Source: Zygnema circumcarinatum SAG 698-1b
Lineage: Eukaryota > Plantae > Zygnematophyceae
Direction: 5' to 3'
Length of the DNA: 64,000 nt
NCBI GenBank assembly: GCA_037447605.1
Contig: CM074816.1
Span: 945,873-1,009,872, forward strand
Position numbers and translations under genes: made by a program. Within the stretch, counting starts at the first letter, position 1, and the number at the start of each line of letters is the position of its first letter. Shown here piece after piece: positions 44,250 through 58,579 of this stretch. Under the pieces are notes generated by a model. That model was not told where the DNA came from and did no database searches. It worked only from the letters and a program-made list of their open reading frames with translations.

Positions 44250-47200
44250 AATATTCAGAAGAGTACGGCGACTGACTTCATTGAAGAACAGGAATCCGTA
44301 CATGAAGCTTCAGACGCGGCGCAATTGTGGCACCGCCGACTTGGTCATTTGTCGTTTAGTGGCCTGGAGGCCCTCGCGACACAGAGCCTGGTCCAGGGAC
44401 TCCCCTCGACGAAGATCCCGACACCAGAAGCTGTCTGCCCCGACTGCGCGGCGGGCAAGATACACCGGCACCCTTTCAAGAGCTTTGGAGCGGAGAAGCA
44501 TCGCGCGTCCAAGCAGCTGGAGTTGGTCCACAGCGATCTATGCGGACCGATCACTCCCGAGTCAAAGGGCGGTTCAAGGTATTTCATCACCTTCCTTGAT
44601 GATTATTCCAGGAAGATATGGGTAGTACTGCTGAAGTTTAAAAGTGAGGCGTTTGAGACCTTTCGGACCTGGCAGTTAGAGGTAGAAAGGCAGACCGGAG
44701 AGAAGGTGCAGAGGATCCGAACGGACAATGGAGGTGAATACAGGTCCCTCAAATTCTCTGCTCACCTCAAGTCACTCGGGATTCGACACGAGTTCACCGC
44801 TCCCTACAGCCCGCAAAGCAACGGCGCGGCTGAGAGGGTGAACCGAACCCTCGGTGACATGGCAAGAGCCATGCTGAGTGAGTCCCCCTTCACCCTCGAT
44901 TTTTGGGGAGAAGCAATACTCACGGCAGCTTACATCCGGAACAGGTGTCCTTCCAGTGCCCTGAAAGATGAGAAGAAAGTACCCGAGGAAATGTGGAGTG
45001 GCAATAAGCCTACAGTTCAGCACTTAAGAGTCTGGGGCTCGAAGTGCTGGATAGCGGTTCCAAAGGTCAAGTTAGATACAAAGTTTAGCCCGAGAAGCGA
45101 GTTCGGCTACTTCCTCGGCTACAACGCCGACAGCTTGACCTACAGGGTCTGGAACCCTTCCACGCAGAAGGTTATGTCAAGGCGTGACCTTCAAGTCGAC
45201 GAGAATTCCAAGGGGGAGCAGCAGATGCGAACAGGTGTGGAGCCACCTCCCGACATTGAGTTCCTTCCTGTAAGGGACATCTTTGGGAGTGAGTCAACTT
45301 CACCCCCTACCACTGCCCCCTTGTTTCCAGCGGCATCGGAGTCGCAAGAAGAATTCACACTGCGCCCGGAGGCGCCGCATAATCCCTCCCCGACACCTCA
45401 AGAGGAGCTGCCCGGAGGAGAAGAGCCCGAAGACGACGATTTTGACCAGGAGTCCACAGAGGAAGAAGCAATTGAGGCACCGGCACCACGTACCTGGATT
45501 CCACGCCACGGTATGGATCCACCCTTGTATGCAAATGCAAAGGGGTTCACTCCGAACTACGGCGACAAGCCACCCTACAGAGATAGGCATCAACCGAAAT
45601 GGTTCGGTAGAGGAGGACCAACGAGGAGGCCGACGAGAAGGAGAGAGGAGCCTGAAGAGAGAGCTCCCCTTGACTCCGCCGATTTTGCGGGAATGGCGAT
45701 CTGCCTCATGGCACACGAAAGGGAGCCGCAAACGTACTCCGAAGCGTTGGAGTGCGATGATGCGGCCAAGTGGAAGGTGGCCATCAAGAGTGAACTCGAC
45801 AGCCTCATGGAGAACGGAACGTGGCGGCTGGAGCCGCTACCTCCAGGCCGCAAGGCCATAGGCTGTAAGTGGGTCTTCAAAATCAAGAGGAAATCAGACG
45901 GGAGTGTAGACAGATATAAGGCGAGGCTAGTGGCGAAGGGATTTGCGCAGAAATTTGGCATAGATTACTGGAAACGTTAAGCACAAGTCGTCAAGTTTAA
46001 TTCCTAGATCTCACGATTTCCATTCTTGGTGAAGAAGGAATGTATGTCCATCAGGCTGGACATCAAGGCGGCTAACCTCTGAGGGGATTTAGAGGAGAGC
46101 ATCTACATGAAGCAACCGGAAGGGACGGTTGAACCAGGAGCCGAGCACCTGAGCTGCAGGCTTGTGAAGAGCCTCTACGGGCTCAAGCAAGCTCCAAGGA
46201 TCTGGTATCAAAAGATACACGAACTGCTCTTGATGAATGGCTTCACCCGCTTCCAAGCAGACCACTCGGTCTACAAGACGGGAGAAGGAGCGGCTCAGAT
46301 GTTTGTCGGCATCTACGTCGATGACGCCCTCGCTCGTGGCGCTTCAATGGTAGCGAGCATTTGGGGCCTCAAGGACACCTGGCGAAGCTTTTAGGATGAG
46401 TCTTGGACCTGCCGGGTACCTCTTAGAATTCAGCTTAAGAGGGGAAAGGATAGCGGCATGTTCTTAAGCCAGGAGAAATGCGGCTAGGGAGGTGCTATGC
46501 GCTTGAGAATGAAGTGTACCCGTGCTCCTCCCCATGTGGGCCGAGAACCCCTTGTCCATGTGAGGACATGAGCCCTTGAGGGCCTGACATGAGGAGAAAG
46601 GAGATGGAGAAGATTCCGTACAGGTCTGCGATCGGCGGCCTGATGTACCTCATGGTGGGAACGCGCCCAGATCTCGCCAAGGCCGTGAGTACGGCCAGCC
46701 GGTACATGGAGAATCCGGGGGTACAACATTGGGAAGCGGTTAAGAGGATCTTTCGATACCTCAAAGGTACGCTTCATTATGGAATCCGATTCGAGAGGGG
46801 GAGCGGCAGCGAAGTGTACGGATACACCGACGCTGATTGGGGAGGTGACCCGGATACGGCCAGATCGACATCTGGATACGCGTTTCTGAACGCGGGCGGC
46901 GTCATTTCTTGGAGTTCGAAACTGCACGAAACGGTGGCGTTATCTTCTACCGAATCTGAGTATATGGCCGCGTGTCACGCAGCCAGGGAGGCCGTGTGGA
47001 TCGCGCTCTTCTTTGATGAGTGTGACCACCACAACTCCCCAAAAGTGCATTCTCGGCTTCCGACAACCAATCTTCGGGATCGCGGCCTATCGAGAACCCC
47101 GATTTCATCGGTAAAGAGCAAGCATATCAAGATCCAGCATCACTTCACGAAGTTAGTGACGCCGAGAGATCGCGCGTCATTCGCATTTTGACGGCCGGTA

Positions 47201-48206
47201 TTACGGGCCAGATATGCTTCACGAAGGGAGTTTCGACCGCATAATGTGGGAGGAACAATCACCTCCTCGGATTGGGACCTACTCGTGCCTAGCCCCAAGA
47301 GGATTGTTGTCTGGCGTAGGGCGTACAGCTGCATTTGGGACATAGACTCCTAGGACATGAAGGACACAGGACTTAAGCGCCCGGGGCGTAGCGACAGGAT
47401 GGTGGCCTTGGCTGAGCGAAAAGTCGAGGTTAAATCGTAGTACCGTGGCGTGACGAGCGAAGCGAAATGTTGAGGCGTCTGAGACGGCAGCGGGCCAGCG
47501 GCCAGCGACTAAGGAGGCGCCCGGTCCCGGAGAAAATGTGAGCGGGCGGCGTGACAAATATTGTAGCGACTTCGGAGCTGAAACAGGACGAGTTTACACA
47601 CACACCCCTTAGCAGAAGTAGCCTTGAGAGAAAGTTCCCCAGCGCACACCGAGAAGGCAGCGTTTTGAAAACTCCTTGTGGCTGGCGGCGTCCGGCGCCT
47701 CACTCTGAGTGCTCCCCTCCCACTGAGCCATACCTGCACGTAGAGACCTCTGCCTGGGAAGCTAAAGCGCACTGGGGAATGCCATGGCGGACCGCGGGCA
47801 GCGTGGGGAGTGCGGCGCGGCTTTATTGCACATCACAGAGGCTAGAATGGCGGGGTCCTTGCGGCGAGCTACATAGCGCTCATGGGAGCTTAGTATCCGG
47901 GGAATCACCCGAGCCTTTATGGGGAGAGCTCATGCCCTCTTTGCCTTTGGGAGCTGGGTGTGGTAGTCGGGGGCAGCATAGCTAGCAGCTTAGTAGGCGT
48001 AGGATAGAGCCAGAGTCAGGAGTTGAGAACTGCCTGCACCTGTTGTATATGTCATTGTATAAAGAAGAGGTTTTCGGCTGGTGGGCTTTTCTCTTACACA
48101 CTGTATATCATTTGTTGCTTGTCTCACTGTAGTCATCATGGCCGAGAACAACACGGGAGAAGACACGACCAGAGGGGGCTCAGTTTTTGACCCCTCAATC
48201 TCAACA
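44250..48206 (+). mobile_element. pol: Ty1/Copia family D-like copy 2: INT-RT-RH and 3' LTR 47305-48206
   Basis: ORF 44121-45980: LWHRRLGH, HSDLCGP, RTDNGGEY, QSNGAAERVNRTL, NGTWRL, YKARLVAKGF; ORF 46589-47191 GYTDADWGGD. LTR TGTTGT...CTCAACA shares ggtgggctttt(c)tct with the D1 LTR. Confidence 0.88.
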
Positions 48207-51200
48207 AAGCCCTGTCTTGCAGCGATCGGCCTGCCGCAGGGGGATCTGCCAGAAGGATTTCTGCATGTCAAGTGCCGAGAACCACCGGTCATCAGGGGAG
48301 ACGCCGTGGAGAATCAGGTCCACATCCGGTAATGTGTAGGGATCCCGCCGTTATTGCATTAGGTTTCGGTAGTCCCCACGCAGGCGGGTGTGCCATCCCG
48401 TCTTTAGAGGCGAAGCGGCGGGCTGGCCCGCGGCCCTTCTCGGAGTTCCATCAATCCGGCAGCCCGCGTTCGTCGATGCAATGGATTCGACATCGGCTTT
48501 CGCTGCCCAGCGGAAGCGGTAGGGAGTCCGGGGTCATCCGCGGGCGCATCCCGTGCTCGATGGTGCTTTCAATCAAGTGAGTCGCTAGATGTAAGGTAGA
48601 TAATAGGTCGCGAAAACAGGTGATTCGGTAGCGGCACTTGGCGTAGTTGAGAATGCTTGATCGGGTCTGAGAGGACTGCAGGCCCCAATCGCATCTGCCC
48701 CTCTATTTCCAGCCACTCCTCATCACTGATGGTCTCATGGGGGGGAAAGGTGGGTGTAGGTATCACTGGCGGCAACAGTTCTTCCGTCGGCGTACCGAGA
48801 GCTGGACTCGGAGGAGCAGGAGGGGGAGTCTCGTCATCGGTATCAGAATTGGCCGATCCATAAGAAGAATGGGAGCTGCCGACCGAATGGTACATGGTGA
48901 TCTCCGGGTAGGAGACCTGCGCCGTGGCGTGGCGCTTGGGGAAGGCGGAGGTGGTAAGGGACTCGAGGATGATGGGGAAGGAGCAGTCTGTCCCGCCAGC
49001 AGATAAGTGCAGTTGACATGTAGCAAAGTCGATTTGTGCTCCCATCGCGATGAGCCAATCTGAGCCCAGCAGGATAGAATAGTGTTCAGCGGCCGTGATG
49101 ACTGCATTCACTGTGGCTCCCATCTCGCCAAGACTGATGACCACTTGGGCGCTGCCCAATCCTTCATGTAAGCTCCCTTCAACTCCCACATATCGGGGGA
49201 TGGGCTCAAGTGTCTTGTCCAACTTAACCCCTGCCGCCTTCATCACAGGCTTGGACAGAACTGTGCGCATAGCCCCCGTGTCGATCATGGCTTTGCTGGG
49301 ATGACCGTTGAGCCATACATTGACAATGATTCGCACGTTGGGTGTGGGGATCAGAGGGAGGATCTGAATCTGGCGGGAGGATGGTAGGGGGCTGGCGGGT
49401 CGGGAGGAGGCCCTTGCCGTCGCCATGTGAGGTGGTCTCCGGTGGCGAGGGGGCGTCAGGAGAAGTCTCTATAAGCGATGGGAGGCCGCTGAGGGTGCTC
49501 ACTTGCTCTAAACTAGCTTCGAACTACGGCGGCTGACACAGTACAAGAAGCTACGCATCAAAGCTGTGACAAGAGTAATGCGATCTGCCTGTCTCCCATG
49601 AGTTGATGAACCATGCGTTCAATCAGGGATAGGCCGTCTGTCGGGGGGGGTGGTCGACGATCGGCTGCTTGGGGGTAGAAACGGGCTGCCCGAGGGCGAT
49701 GTGGAGGGTTGACGTGCATCTCTTCGGTCGCCGGTGGCGTCGGCTCTGGCTGCGCCGCTGTCGGCTCCTCTTCATTGAGATCTTCAATTTCCTCCTCAGG
49801 CAGGGATCCCAAGGGATGACCCGTGGAGGGAGGATGGCCCAGTTCTTCGGACGGTGGCGACGGTGGGCGATGCGAAGGAACTGGCACGCCGTTGACTACG
49901 ATGTGGGGAGGAATTGGCGAGGATGAGAATGAGGATGCAACCGGTTAGCAGGGGCTGCGAAGAGCGATTCGCGATCACCGAGATCGGAGAAGCGGCATCA
50001 GCCGAGGAAGTGATGGGGATTCAATGGCCGGTTGAAATGCAGCGGCAACCTGCGTGATCGCGTGTCAGGCGGCCGGGATCGAGCTACGGCCACCCAATAC
50101 GTTTAATAGGGAGGGAGTCCATGGAAGTGCGAGATGGATAGGTGAATTACGTTGCGGGATGGGTGTAGCGGGTGAAGGAGAGGTGGAGGCGAGTGAAAGG
50201 GAAGTAGGAGCTCTCAGTAGTAAGGGCGGCGAGGCATATCCATGAAGGTGATCTCTGCAGGTGAGCTCCCTTCAGCTGCCTCTTTCCCCTTTCGGGCCTT
50301 CTCACTTGAGAGTCTCCGCATGCACACACGGGCATCGTGTCGCGTGTCGACAAAGTGTGAGTCCATGGTCCGCCTGGCGCGGCGGATGGTCCGGGCGCGG
50401 GCAAGAGCGAGGCGCCCTCCGGGAACCCACATACGTCATCCGGCCCGGGCGCAGATGCGGCCACTGGCGGCTTCTCTCTCTTCCCGATTATGCTGACTCG
50501 GAATAAGGCGATATCACGGGCGAAAACATCACGGTATGTGAGGATTCACGCCCGGCTCAATGGGATGCGCGGATCATGAGGGTATGGGGAATGGGTAAGG
50601 GGCTTGGTTGTGCTGGCTATGGCCAGAGGCTGCACCACAGGGGCTGCCCGCACGTCCTGAGCAGTGACGCCGGAGAAGGAAGGCTTGTTCCGAGTAGATG
50701 TAGCGTAGGGATCGAACAACTGTTGATTCTGTGTCTTCAGGAACTGCTGGTAGAGTCGATCTTGTCGTGGATCTGTAGCGTTCATGTAATGTGGTCGTAC
50801 ATGTCGGTTGCCTCTCTCTTGATCCTTCTGAATTCGCTCTGCCCTTCTAACAAGGCCTGGGCATCTGCTGGTGGGTTATCGCGCAGCTCACGATCCAGAT
50901 GGAGATCCTTCTCGCTGATGGCCTTACGGAACCACTGGAGAACTTCGGAAAAGTCAGGCAAGTTCTCGATCGTATTTGCCATGCGCACAAAGCGCTCAGT
51001 GAATTCAAACAGCCGCTCATCACTGTAGCATTCTATGTAGCGAAGTCGGTCTAGCACAGTGATCGGATCTGAAATCCAACGTTGTCTGAAAGCTTGCTTG
51101 AATGTGTCCCTTGTCAGGGTGGCGACGACATCTGCTTTGTGCCAGTTTCGGGACAGCTTCCAGTTGACTGCCTCGCCTTCCAGCGCTCCAAGGGCAAGCT

Positions 51201-52186
51201 TGATCCACTGGTCCTCCTTCAGGTCTGCTTGCGCTGCCTTCTCCTCAAGGTGTCTCAGCCAAGACTCTGCATCTTCCTGCTTGCCGGTGAAGCCTCTAGT
51301 GATGATGCCCGTGGTATCCCTCACCTCACTCTTTTCAGGAATCAAGGCTATCAGTTTTGTCATCATCTCTTCCATCTTGCTGGGGAACTCAGATCTGACT
51401 CGTGTGCTTCTCTGCAGGTTGGTTCGAAAGCTGGAGGGTCCATGCGATCGTCCTGCCCTTGCCCCTGAAGCCGCTCGCCTGGGGCTGCCGGATGGGTAAG
51501 TCGTGAAAGCCGGAGGTGAGGGTGTCTTCTGATGATTCCCTTGCTCTGCTGTAGGACTGCGTGCAGCTGCAGTGCTTGAAGGGACTCCTGGTGCAGTAGT
51601 TATCCGACTGAGATCCCGTGGGTTCTATCTACGTGAGACGCGGTGGGGACCTCGGGTTGAACAGCACTCCTCTCTTCCGCGGCATCGGCGTGGCAGCGGC
51701 GGGGCGGTACCAAGCTCGATCATCGGCGTGCGTATTGCCAGCGAAGTTTGTGGCCATCACTGCCGAGACGGAGTCGTTGCAGCTCTTCAATCGACTCGAT
51801 CTGCTCAAGGTAAGCCAGACTGGGGTAAGGGTTCTCTTCGGTTATGCCCATCTTCAGTCTCTCTCTGACTGCTTCTTCCTCTGAGTCTGAATCCGTCCTT
51901 GGATTTCCGATCGCCTGTTCTTCTTCTTCTTGAGGTGCCAAGTCTTCATCTGAATACTCATGAAGATCTGCCTGTCCCTCTTGCTGCAGCTCTTCATCCA
52001 TGGCGGCTGTGACATGGGTCACAGGATCGGCAGCCTCACGTATCAAGGTACGTGGATCTCAAAACCTATAGCTCTGATACCAAGATAAGTGGGGTTAAAC
52101 AAAGGCTGGCGAGCTAGGCTGCGGTCTTTGTCACTACGGCGTGTCCGTCTTTGCTGGCGTGGGGTTGGGGTGGTCTTTGTGGGTCT
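48207..52186 (-). mobile_element. gag-pol: Ty3/Gypsy family A copy 2: LTR remnant 52083-52186, Met-i PBS 52071-52082, gag, protease, RT start
   Basis: RC TGGTATCAGAGC; capsid ORF 50782-51375 (FTGKQEDAESWLRHLE...FKQAFRQRW); protease ORF 48569-49426 (MIDTGA...ILLGSDWL). RT cut by the D2 LTR at 48206. Confidence 0.92.
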
Positions 52187-55100
52187 TGTTGGTGGAGGGA
52201 CTCCTCCTTTAACTGTAAACTTCTCCACTGCATCACCTTCCATCGGAGTTAAGCGTTCCGTCGATGATGACATTTCCCAAACTCACATTCACTCATAGCC
52301 CATTTTACTCCGCAGTGAACCTCTTTCGAGAATACCTGTGAATAACGAGAGGATGGGAGAAAGCTCTGGCTCCTAAAACTCCTTAATAATAATCTTATCA
52401 ACACAAAATGAGAGACCCTCTCTCAAATAGCCCAATAAACTCAAAAGCCCACTACCTCGCGGCTGAAAGCAAGTGTAATGTTACGACAACCGCGGTATGA
52501 CTTCTCGAGTCTACCACAATAGCTCGTTGATCAGAAGTTAAAGATTAACAACCAAACAAAACAACACACTATATACAATGTCACAACATCCGTGACACTA
52601 CCATACAACGAAGCTCACAACATCGGCTAGCGGCCATAAAGAATGTCCTTATCCCGATCACCATCTGCTTGTAGTCGGATCATAAATTAAATCACCGCGG
52701 ATCAAATGCGTTTCCTCGTCGAGATCCGGCTTCGGCCTCTAAGCTAATCCAAGTCTTAGCGGCGGTAGGATCGACCCGCCTCAGATTGATGACAGCGTCC
52801 GAGCTCGTGCGTCGCCGCGCCACGACATCGACGCCGCTCCGTACAATGATGAATGTGGCGCCCGACATTTTGGCCGCGCGCTCGGCGTCAAAATCGAATC
52901 GTTCAATCAAGGTTGGCCTTGCGTAGCGTCGCAGGTGTGGTCAGCGTGCGCCACATCTTGATTAAAACTGCCGGCGCGTCATCTTACGTCGCACCGATTC
53001 GTCGCGTCGGCGCCTGCGTCACTTCTGACTCGCCCGGCGCAAACCAAATGTGCCGCCCGCGCTACTAACTTAAGCAGCGCTTTGCCGCCAAAGGAAACAC
53101 ACAACACAAACACACAAAACTAATGTTCCAACAAAAGCATGCTAACTATCATACACTAACAATCCCGCTCTTTGGAACTTCTAGTTTTGCGCGGGCCCTA
53201 GCCCAATCAACCTCCCGTTGACTAATAGTGTTTCCTCACTAACCCCCTTTGTTAGCATATCTGCGGCTTGCTCCTTGGTGCCCACGAACTTCACCTCAAT
53301 CAAGCCCTCCTCGACCAACTCCCGTACATAATGGTACTGCACCCAAATGTGCTTGGTCCTTTTGTGGAACACAGGGTTTCCCACCAGGGCAATCGACGAT
53401 TGATTGTCGGTCAACAAGGTAATCGGTCGTTGGTCCCTCTTGCATTCTTCAAGAGCGCATGAACACACTCCTTCCTTGAGAAGCATGACAAGCACCATTG
53501 TACTTCGCCCCCTCTCGCGTGCTTTCGATAAAAGCATGCAGGAGTCCACGCAACTTGGAACTCCACAAAATCCCTCCTCCTCCATTCAGGTAAACGAAAC
53601 CCGAAGTCGAGCGTGACGTATCGACATCTCCTCCCCAATCTGAGTCTGTATAGCCAATCACTTTCACGGTTGGCTACTCTCATACGATTAAAGTATCGGC
53701 GTCCCCTTATGTCGAAAATCCTCTTGGCGCCTCGATGCCGAGGCCGGATTCTCCATGAATCGGTGGCCGAGCTCACGCTGCGCCAAGTCAGGACGGCGTT
53801 AGATCATCAAGTACGTTGAGCTCCCAATGGCCGATGCGTATGGCACTCACAGAACATAGCACTTTGTGCCTCGCATCCGGCCAGAGGTGACGGCATCTCA
53901 ACCAGAAGCCTAGTCTTGCGATCTCCCGTGGGGAACGGAACCGCGGCCTGGCATCCTCCATTCGGGGTAGACGAAGCACATGGAAGCATACTTCCTTTTG
54001 ACATGAAACAAGCTTCCATCCACGCCCCCCTCTTCAGCTGCATTCCCAGCAGATACTGCGCCTCTCCCAGATCTGACATTTTGAAATTTGCCTGAAGCAA
54101 TTCCTTCAAAGATCTGATTCTTTCAAGGGAGAGGCTCACCATGATGGATAGAGTGAGCATAGATCCCAGCGGGAACATCTGATGCGCCCCTCTCCTTGGC
54201 CCGGTACCTTGAATGATGCGTCTCCAGCCAGAACAAAGTCATTTCATAAAGATGAGTACGTCTTTTTCATTCACCACACACTCACCGGCCTTTTGCTTCA
54301 AGCGCGTCTGGGGCTCTTTCGGTCGACGGACTAGGTGCTCTTCAGGAACGACCTTCCCCTGCGGTTTGCTCCATGTAAAATCTCTTGGTGAGATCACCAT
54401 CTGAAATGCCGTCTTGATGTCCAATTGATGAACGTGCATTCCTTCAGCCGCTGCGATGGAAATCAAGGCTCTCAAGGAATTGAACTTTACCACTGGAGCG
54501 AACGTCTCCATGTAGTCAACCCCATACTGCTGGGCGTATCCCTTCGCCACTAGCCGCGCCTTATACCTGTCCACGCTTCCGTCTGCCTTCCTCTTGACTT
54601 TGAAGACGCACTTGCAGCCAATAGCTCGCCTCCCTTGAGGCAGCTCCTCCAACCTCCACGTGCCGTTCTCTATCAAGCTGTCCCACTCGCTATCGATCGC
54701 CACCCGCCATTTATCGCCATCCACTCCGTCGTGCGCTTCCTCATACGTCTGTGGCTCCGTGATCATAAAACAGTGGGCAACTCCCACAAGGTCAGCTGAA
54801 TCCGTTGGCACTCTCTCATAGATAAGGTTGGTTCCAGGCGAATACCGATCTGGTCGCCTCTTGTCCCGACTGCTCCTCCGGAACTCTTTCGCGCTTCGTC
54901 CTCTCGGATAGAAGTAGAGTCCGGGTACAAAACCTGGAGGCATGTTCGCTAACATTGCCTCCCTCTTGGCCGCTTCGAGATCCTCTGAATCTTGCGCGTG
55001 AAGCGAGACCGTCTCCACTGAGTTCTCCTCTTCACCGCTGAGGTGGTGTAGAGATAGATCTCGGCCGAGGCTGATGGCGGCTCTCGCATGTGCGCCTCGG

Positions 55101-58100
55101 CGGTCTCTGCTCCGTGTCGTCGGCCACGGCTCACTTGTGCATTTTGCCCGTGAGTAAACCGGCTGGGTGGCGGAAGCGTCACCTGCCGCGACACCACCCT
55201 TCTCTCCAAGCCCCGTTTTCTCCCTCCTGGAGTACCCGCGATCTCGAGGTGGGTCTTACGGCCAATTAGAATCACGAGAGTGTTACCCAACAGCTCAGCG
55301 GCACTATCTTCATCGGTTGTAATGTCTCCTGCGTCTGGAGAACTTCCTTGTCGAGGGTTCCAAGCCTTTCTACTGATGCTGTATGGCGGTGTTATCAGCC
55401 AGAAACCGTAACTTCCCTCCCGCGGCTTCGGGGGTCGAATTTCCTTCTTACATCGGCCTTGGCTGATGCGACCACGACGCATCAGCGCCCAGTCTCGGTG
55501 GGGAAGGCGTGGGCTTCACTCCTCCACATCTGCTTCCGAGGGGACTTTGGTCTTCCCGAGCGAGGCGGACATCTGTTCTAATATAGCCGACGGTAGAAGC
55601 TGGCTACTCCCAAAAGGGAAGGGGGAATCGATCAACATGGTCGGCCATGTCCCCGATATCTATTCACGTTAAATTTTGCTCCATTACTGCGTAGGGAATA
55701 GAAATTTGAGAAATTCATGCCTTATCTGCGCCCGGTTCTTGAGAAGCGCCCGGCGAATTCACCGATTTGAACTGCGCCACCATTGTCGAGCGAAAACTAA
55801 CCGGCCGATCCAGTCTACGTGTCTCACTTTGGTTAAGCCCGGTCTCGAAACCGAAACTCGACTTGTTCTTGAGGGTGTGATCCAAATCTTCCTCGAATAG
55901 TCGTCAAGGAAGGTGACGAAGTACCTCGCTCCGCCACTGGTCGCCGGTGTAACCGGGCCACACAAGTCAGAATGTACCAATTCCAACTTTTCTCGCGCTC
56001 GATAGGACTCGTCTCCACTCTTCACGAATGGTCTCCTGTGCGCCTTGCCCTCCACACATTCACGGCAAACCCCAACTCCTCCACTACACTGGGATTACAG
56101 CCCGCGGACTAGCCCCCTCTCATGCTGACTTCATGCCTGCGTGGTGTAGAGTGACCAAGTGCGATGCCATCGTCTGACATTCTCTGAGCTGCGCATTCAC
56201 CTCCTCATGATTCTCCCTCTTACAATCAAGATATCCTGACCCTCTTTCTCTCATAACCCACGAGCATTTTGTCTCGGTTTAAGTGGATAGCCGCGCGCTG
56301 ACTTCTCCTGCGAGCGGTGCTTGTATCCACTTCTTGCACACTTGGCTCACAGACATGAAATTCTGCATGAGGCCAGGGGTGTGAAGAACATCACCAATGT
56401 GCAGTTTCTCCTGAACATCGTCTTCATTGATGACTGAGCCGTCTCCGAGGACCATCCTCACGGCTCCACCTCTCGTCACGGTGACTCCTTCACCGGTTGC
56501 TGAATGAACTGAGCGAGCCTTCTCCAAGTTGTGAGCTTGGAGAACGATGATGTGTCTCCGCATATCGCGATGAGGCGCCCGGTCAATGAGCCGGCCTTCG
56601 AGATACTCTGCTTTTAGAATCGCTTCCTGAAATGGAGTGCTCGATGATTCTACGCGGCATGAGGTTGCTCTCCAGTACTACGCTGCTGATGCGAACTCTT
56701 GTGACACTCTCTTCAGCTGCACTTGAAACAAGTGCCTATTTGAGACACCTTCTTCTCCTTCTTGCGGATGAAGTAAGCGTTTTCCTCCCATTCTGGTATT
56801 TGCTTTTGTTCTTGAAGCGATCAGCTGGGTATTTGAAGCCCGGTCTTGCCACATGTGGCGTAATCACATTCGAGAGCGTTCTCGCCGACTTCAGGGGCGC
56901 CTCTCCTCTTGATTCGGTCGAGTGTTACAGCCTTGAGCACCTTCTGCCCTATTGTGGTAGGCATCTGAGATCGAATCCTCCTCCTTTTATCACCCGTAGC
57001 GGTGGCGTCATAGAGTATTAGTGAGAGCTACATCCTCCAAAATTTTTGCCCCGAAACTTCGAATCTCGGGCAAACCTAGAAACTGGCTTATCTTGTAATT
57101 GCCATCCCTTGGGGACCTAAGGCTATGAACCTCTCCATCAATGCATCAAATCTGACCATATAGAAGCTAGTTTTCTCCTCTGAAGTCCATCTTCATCTTG
57201 CCTAGGCTGAGTGTAAAGGCTGACTATGATGCATTGTCTTTACCGCATCGCCATCTCTCTGAACTTGCTTCCGCATAGCATGAGAGGTTTTCAGGGTGAT
57301 ATACGGCACTAGAGGGATGGACTTCCTCTTGCGCTCATATGATCACGCGTCGAGGGCTTTGTTGACCTTGGCCTTCCATGCGTCGCGGCGCCACGTGGGT
57401 GCTCGGCTGGCGCTCCGTATTTGAGGCTCAACGACTCGGCGCCTTGATGCCACCATCAGCGTGCCCCGGCTTGGCCTTGCCACAAGCGAGGCACCAACCT
57501 CCATCTCCGCGCTTTGTAATCACGCCCATCGAGCAGCGGGTATCAGCAGGAAGCGACGTGGTCACCAGGAGTCTCCATGAAGGCTCGATACCACTTGTTG
57601 GTGGAGGGACTCCTCCGCTGGCTGGCAAAACTGCTCCACCTCCCGCATCACCTTCCATGGAGTTCGGCGTTCGATCGGTGATGACATTTCCCAAACTCTC
57701 ATTCACTCATAGCCCATTTGCTCCACCGAGGTGAGCACTCGAGAATATGCGGCCGGAATAACGAGGATAGGAGAAGCTCTTCGGCTCTAAAACTCCTTAA
57801 TATTAATCTTATCAACGCAAAATGAGACCCCTCTCCAGAGTAGCCCGATAAACAAAAGCCCACTACCTCGCGGGGCGCAGCGGGGTGTAATGTTGGCAAA
57901 CGCGAGCATCAGCTACCGAGGTCTCTGATAGCTCGTTGATGTCGGAAGTTAAGAGATTAACAACCAGAGCAGAGCAGCACTATCACGATGTCGCGGCATC
58001 AGGCGGCACTGCACCGCCACAAACGAAGCTCACAGCAGCCGGCTGGTGGCGCCAAGGGTGTACTACGTCCCGTCACTCATCTGGCGGAAGTGGGATACGC

Positions 58101-58579
58101 AAATGGCTCGCACGGATCCCGTGCGTTTCCTCAGGTAGGATCCGACTGGGCCTCCTAAGCTAATCCGTCTTTAGCGTAGGATACGACCCGCCTCCAGATT
58201 GATGACTGGCGTCAAACTCCGGCAAAATTGCGCATACTGGAAACATCGACGCTCCGTACAATGATGAATCGCGTAGGCATTTGGCATCAGCGTCAAGTCC
58301 AGTCCGTTCGATCAAGGTTGTAGCGTAGCGGTCACTTCGGGTCAGCGCCAGATTCCAGCGTCGCGCCACATCTGGCCAGTCGCTCGCCCGGCGGCGTCGG
58401 CTCTGCGTCCTTTCGATTCGTCGCATTAAGCGCCCTCGTCACCCGACTCTCGCCCGGCATAACAAACCAAGTAATGTCAGTACGCTGGCACCACTAACCC
58501 AAGCATATGGAAACACAACCCACAAACACCGCACAAAACTAATGTTCCAACAAAACATCTTCGCCCCATCATACATACA
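52187..58579 (-). mobile_element. gag-pol: Near full-length Ty1/Copia family C copy 2: 3' LTR 52187-53161, PPT, RH-RT-INT-PR-gag, PBS 57582-57593, 5' LTR 57596-about 58579
   Basis: Paired LTRs of about 975 bp; RC TGGTATCGAGCC; LELVHSDLCGP (55759-56055); WRLEELPQGRRAIGCK..YKARLVAKGY (54239-55018); RH tail AADMLTK. Many frameshifts. Confidence 0.9.

Noticed and set aside
44121-44260. Apparent novel N-terminal extension on the 619-aa integrase ORF
   Set aside because: No recognisable motif, lies in noisy sequence with only weak resemblance to the foldbacks; a chance open frame cannot be excluded.
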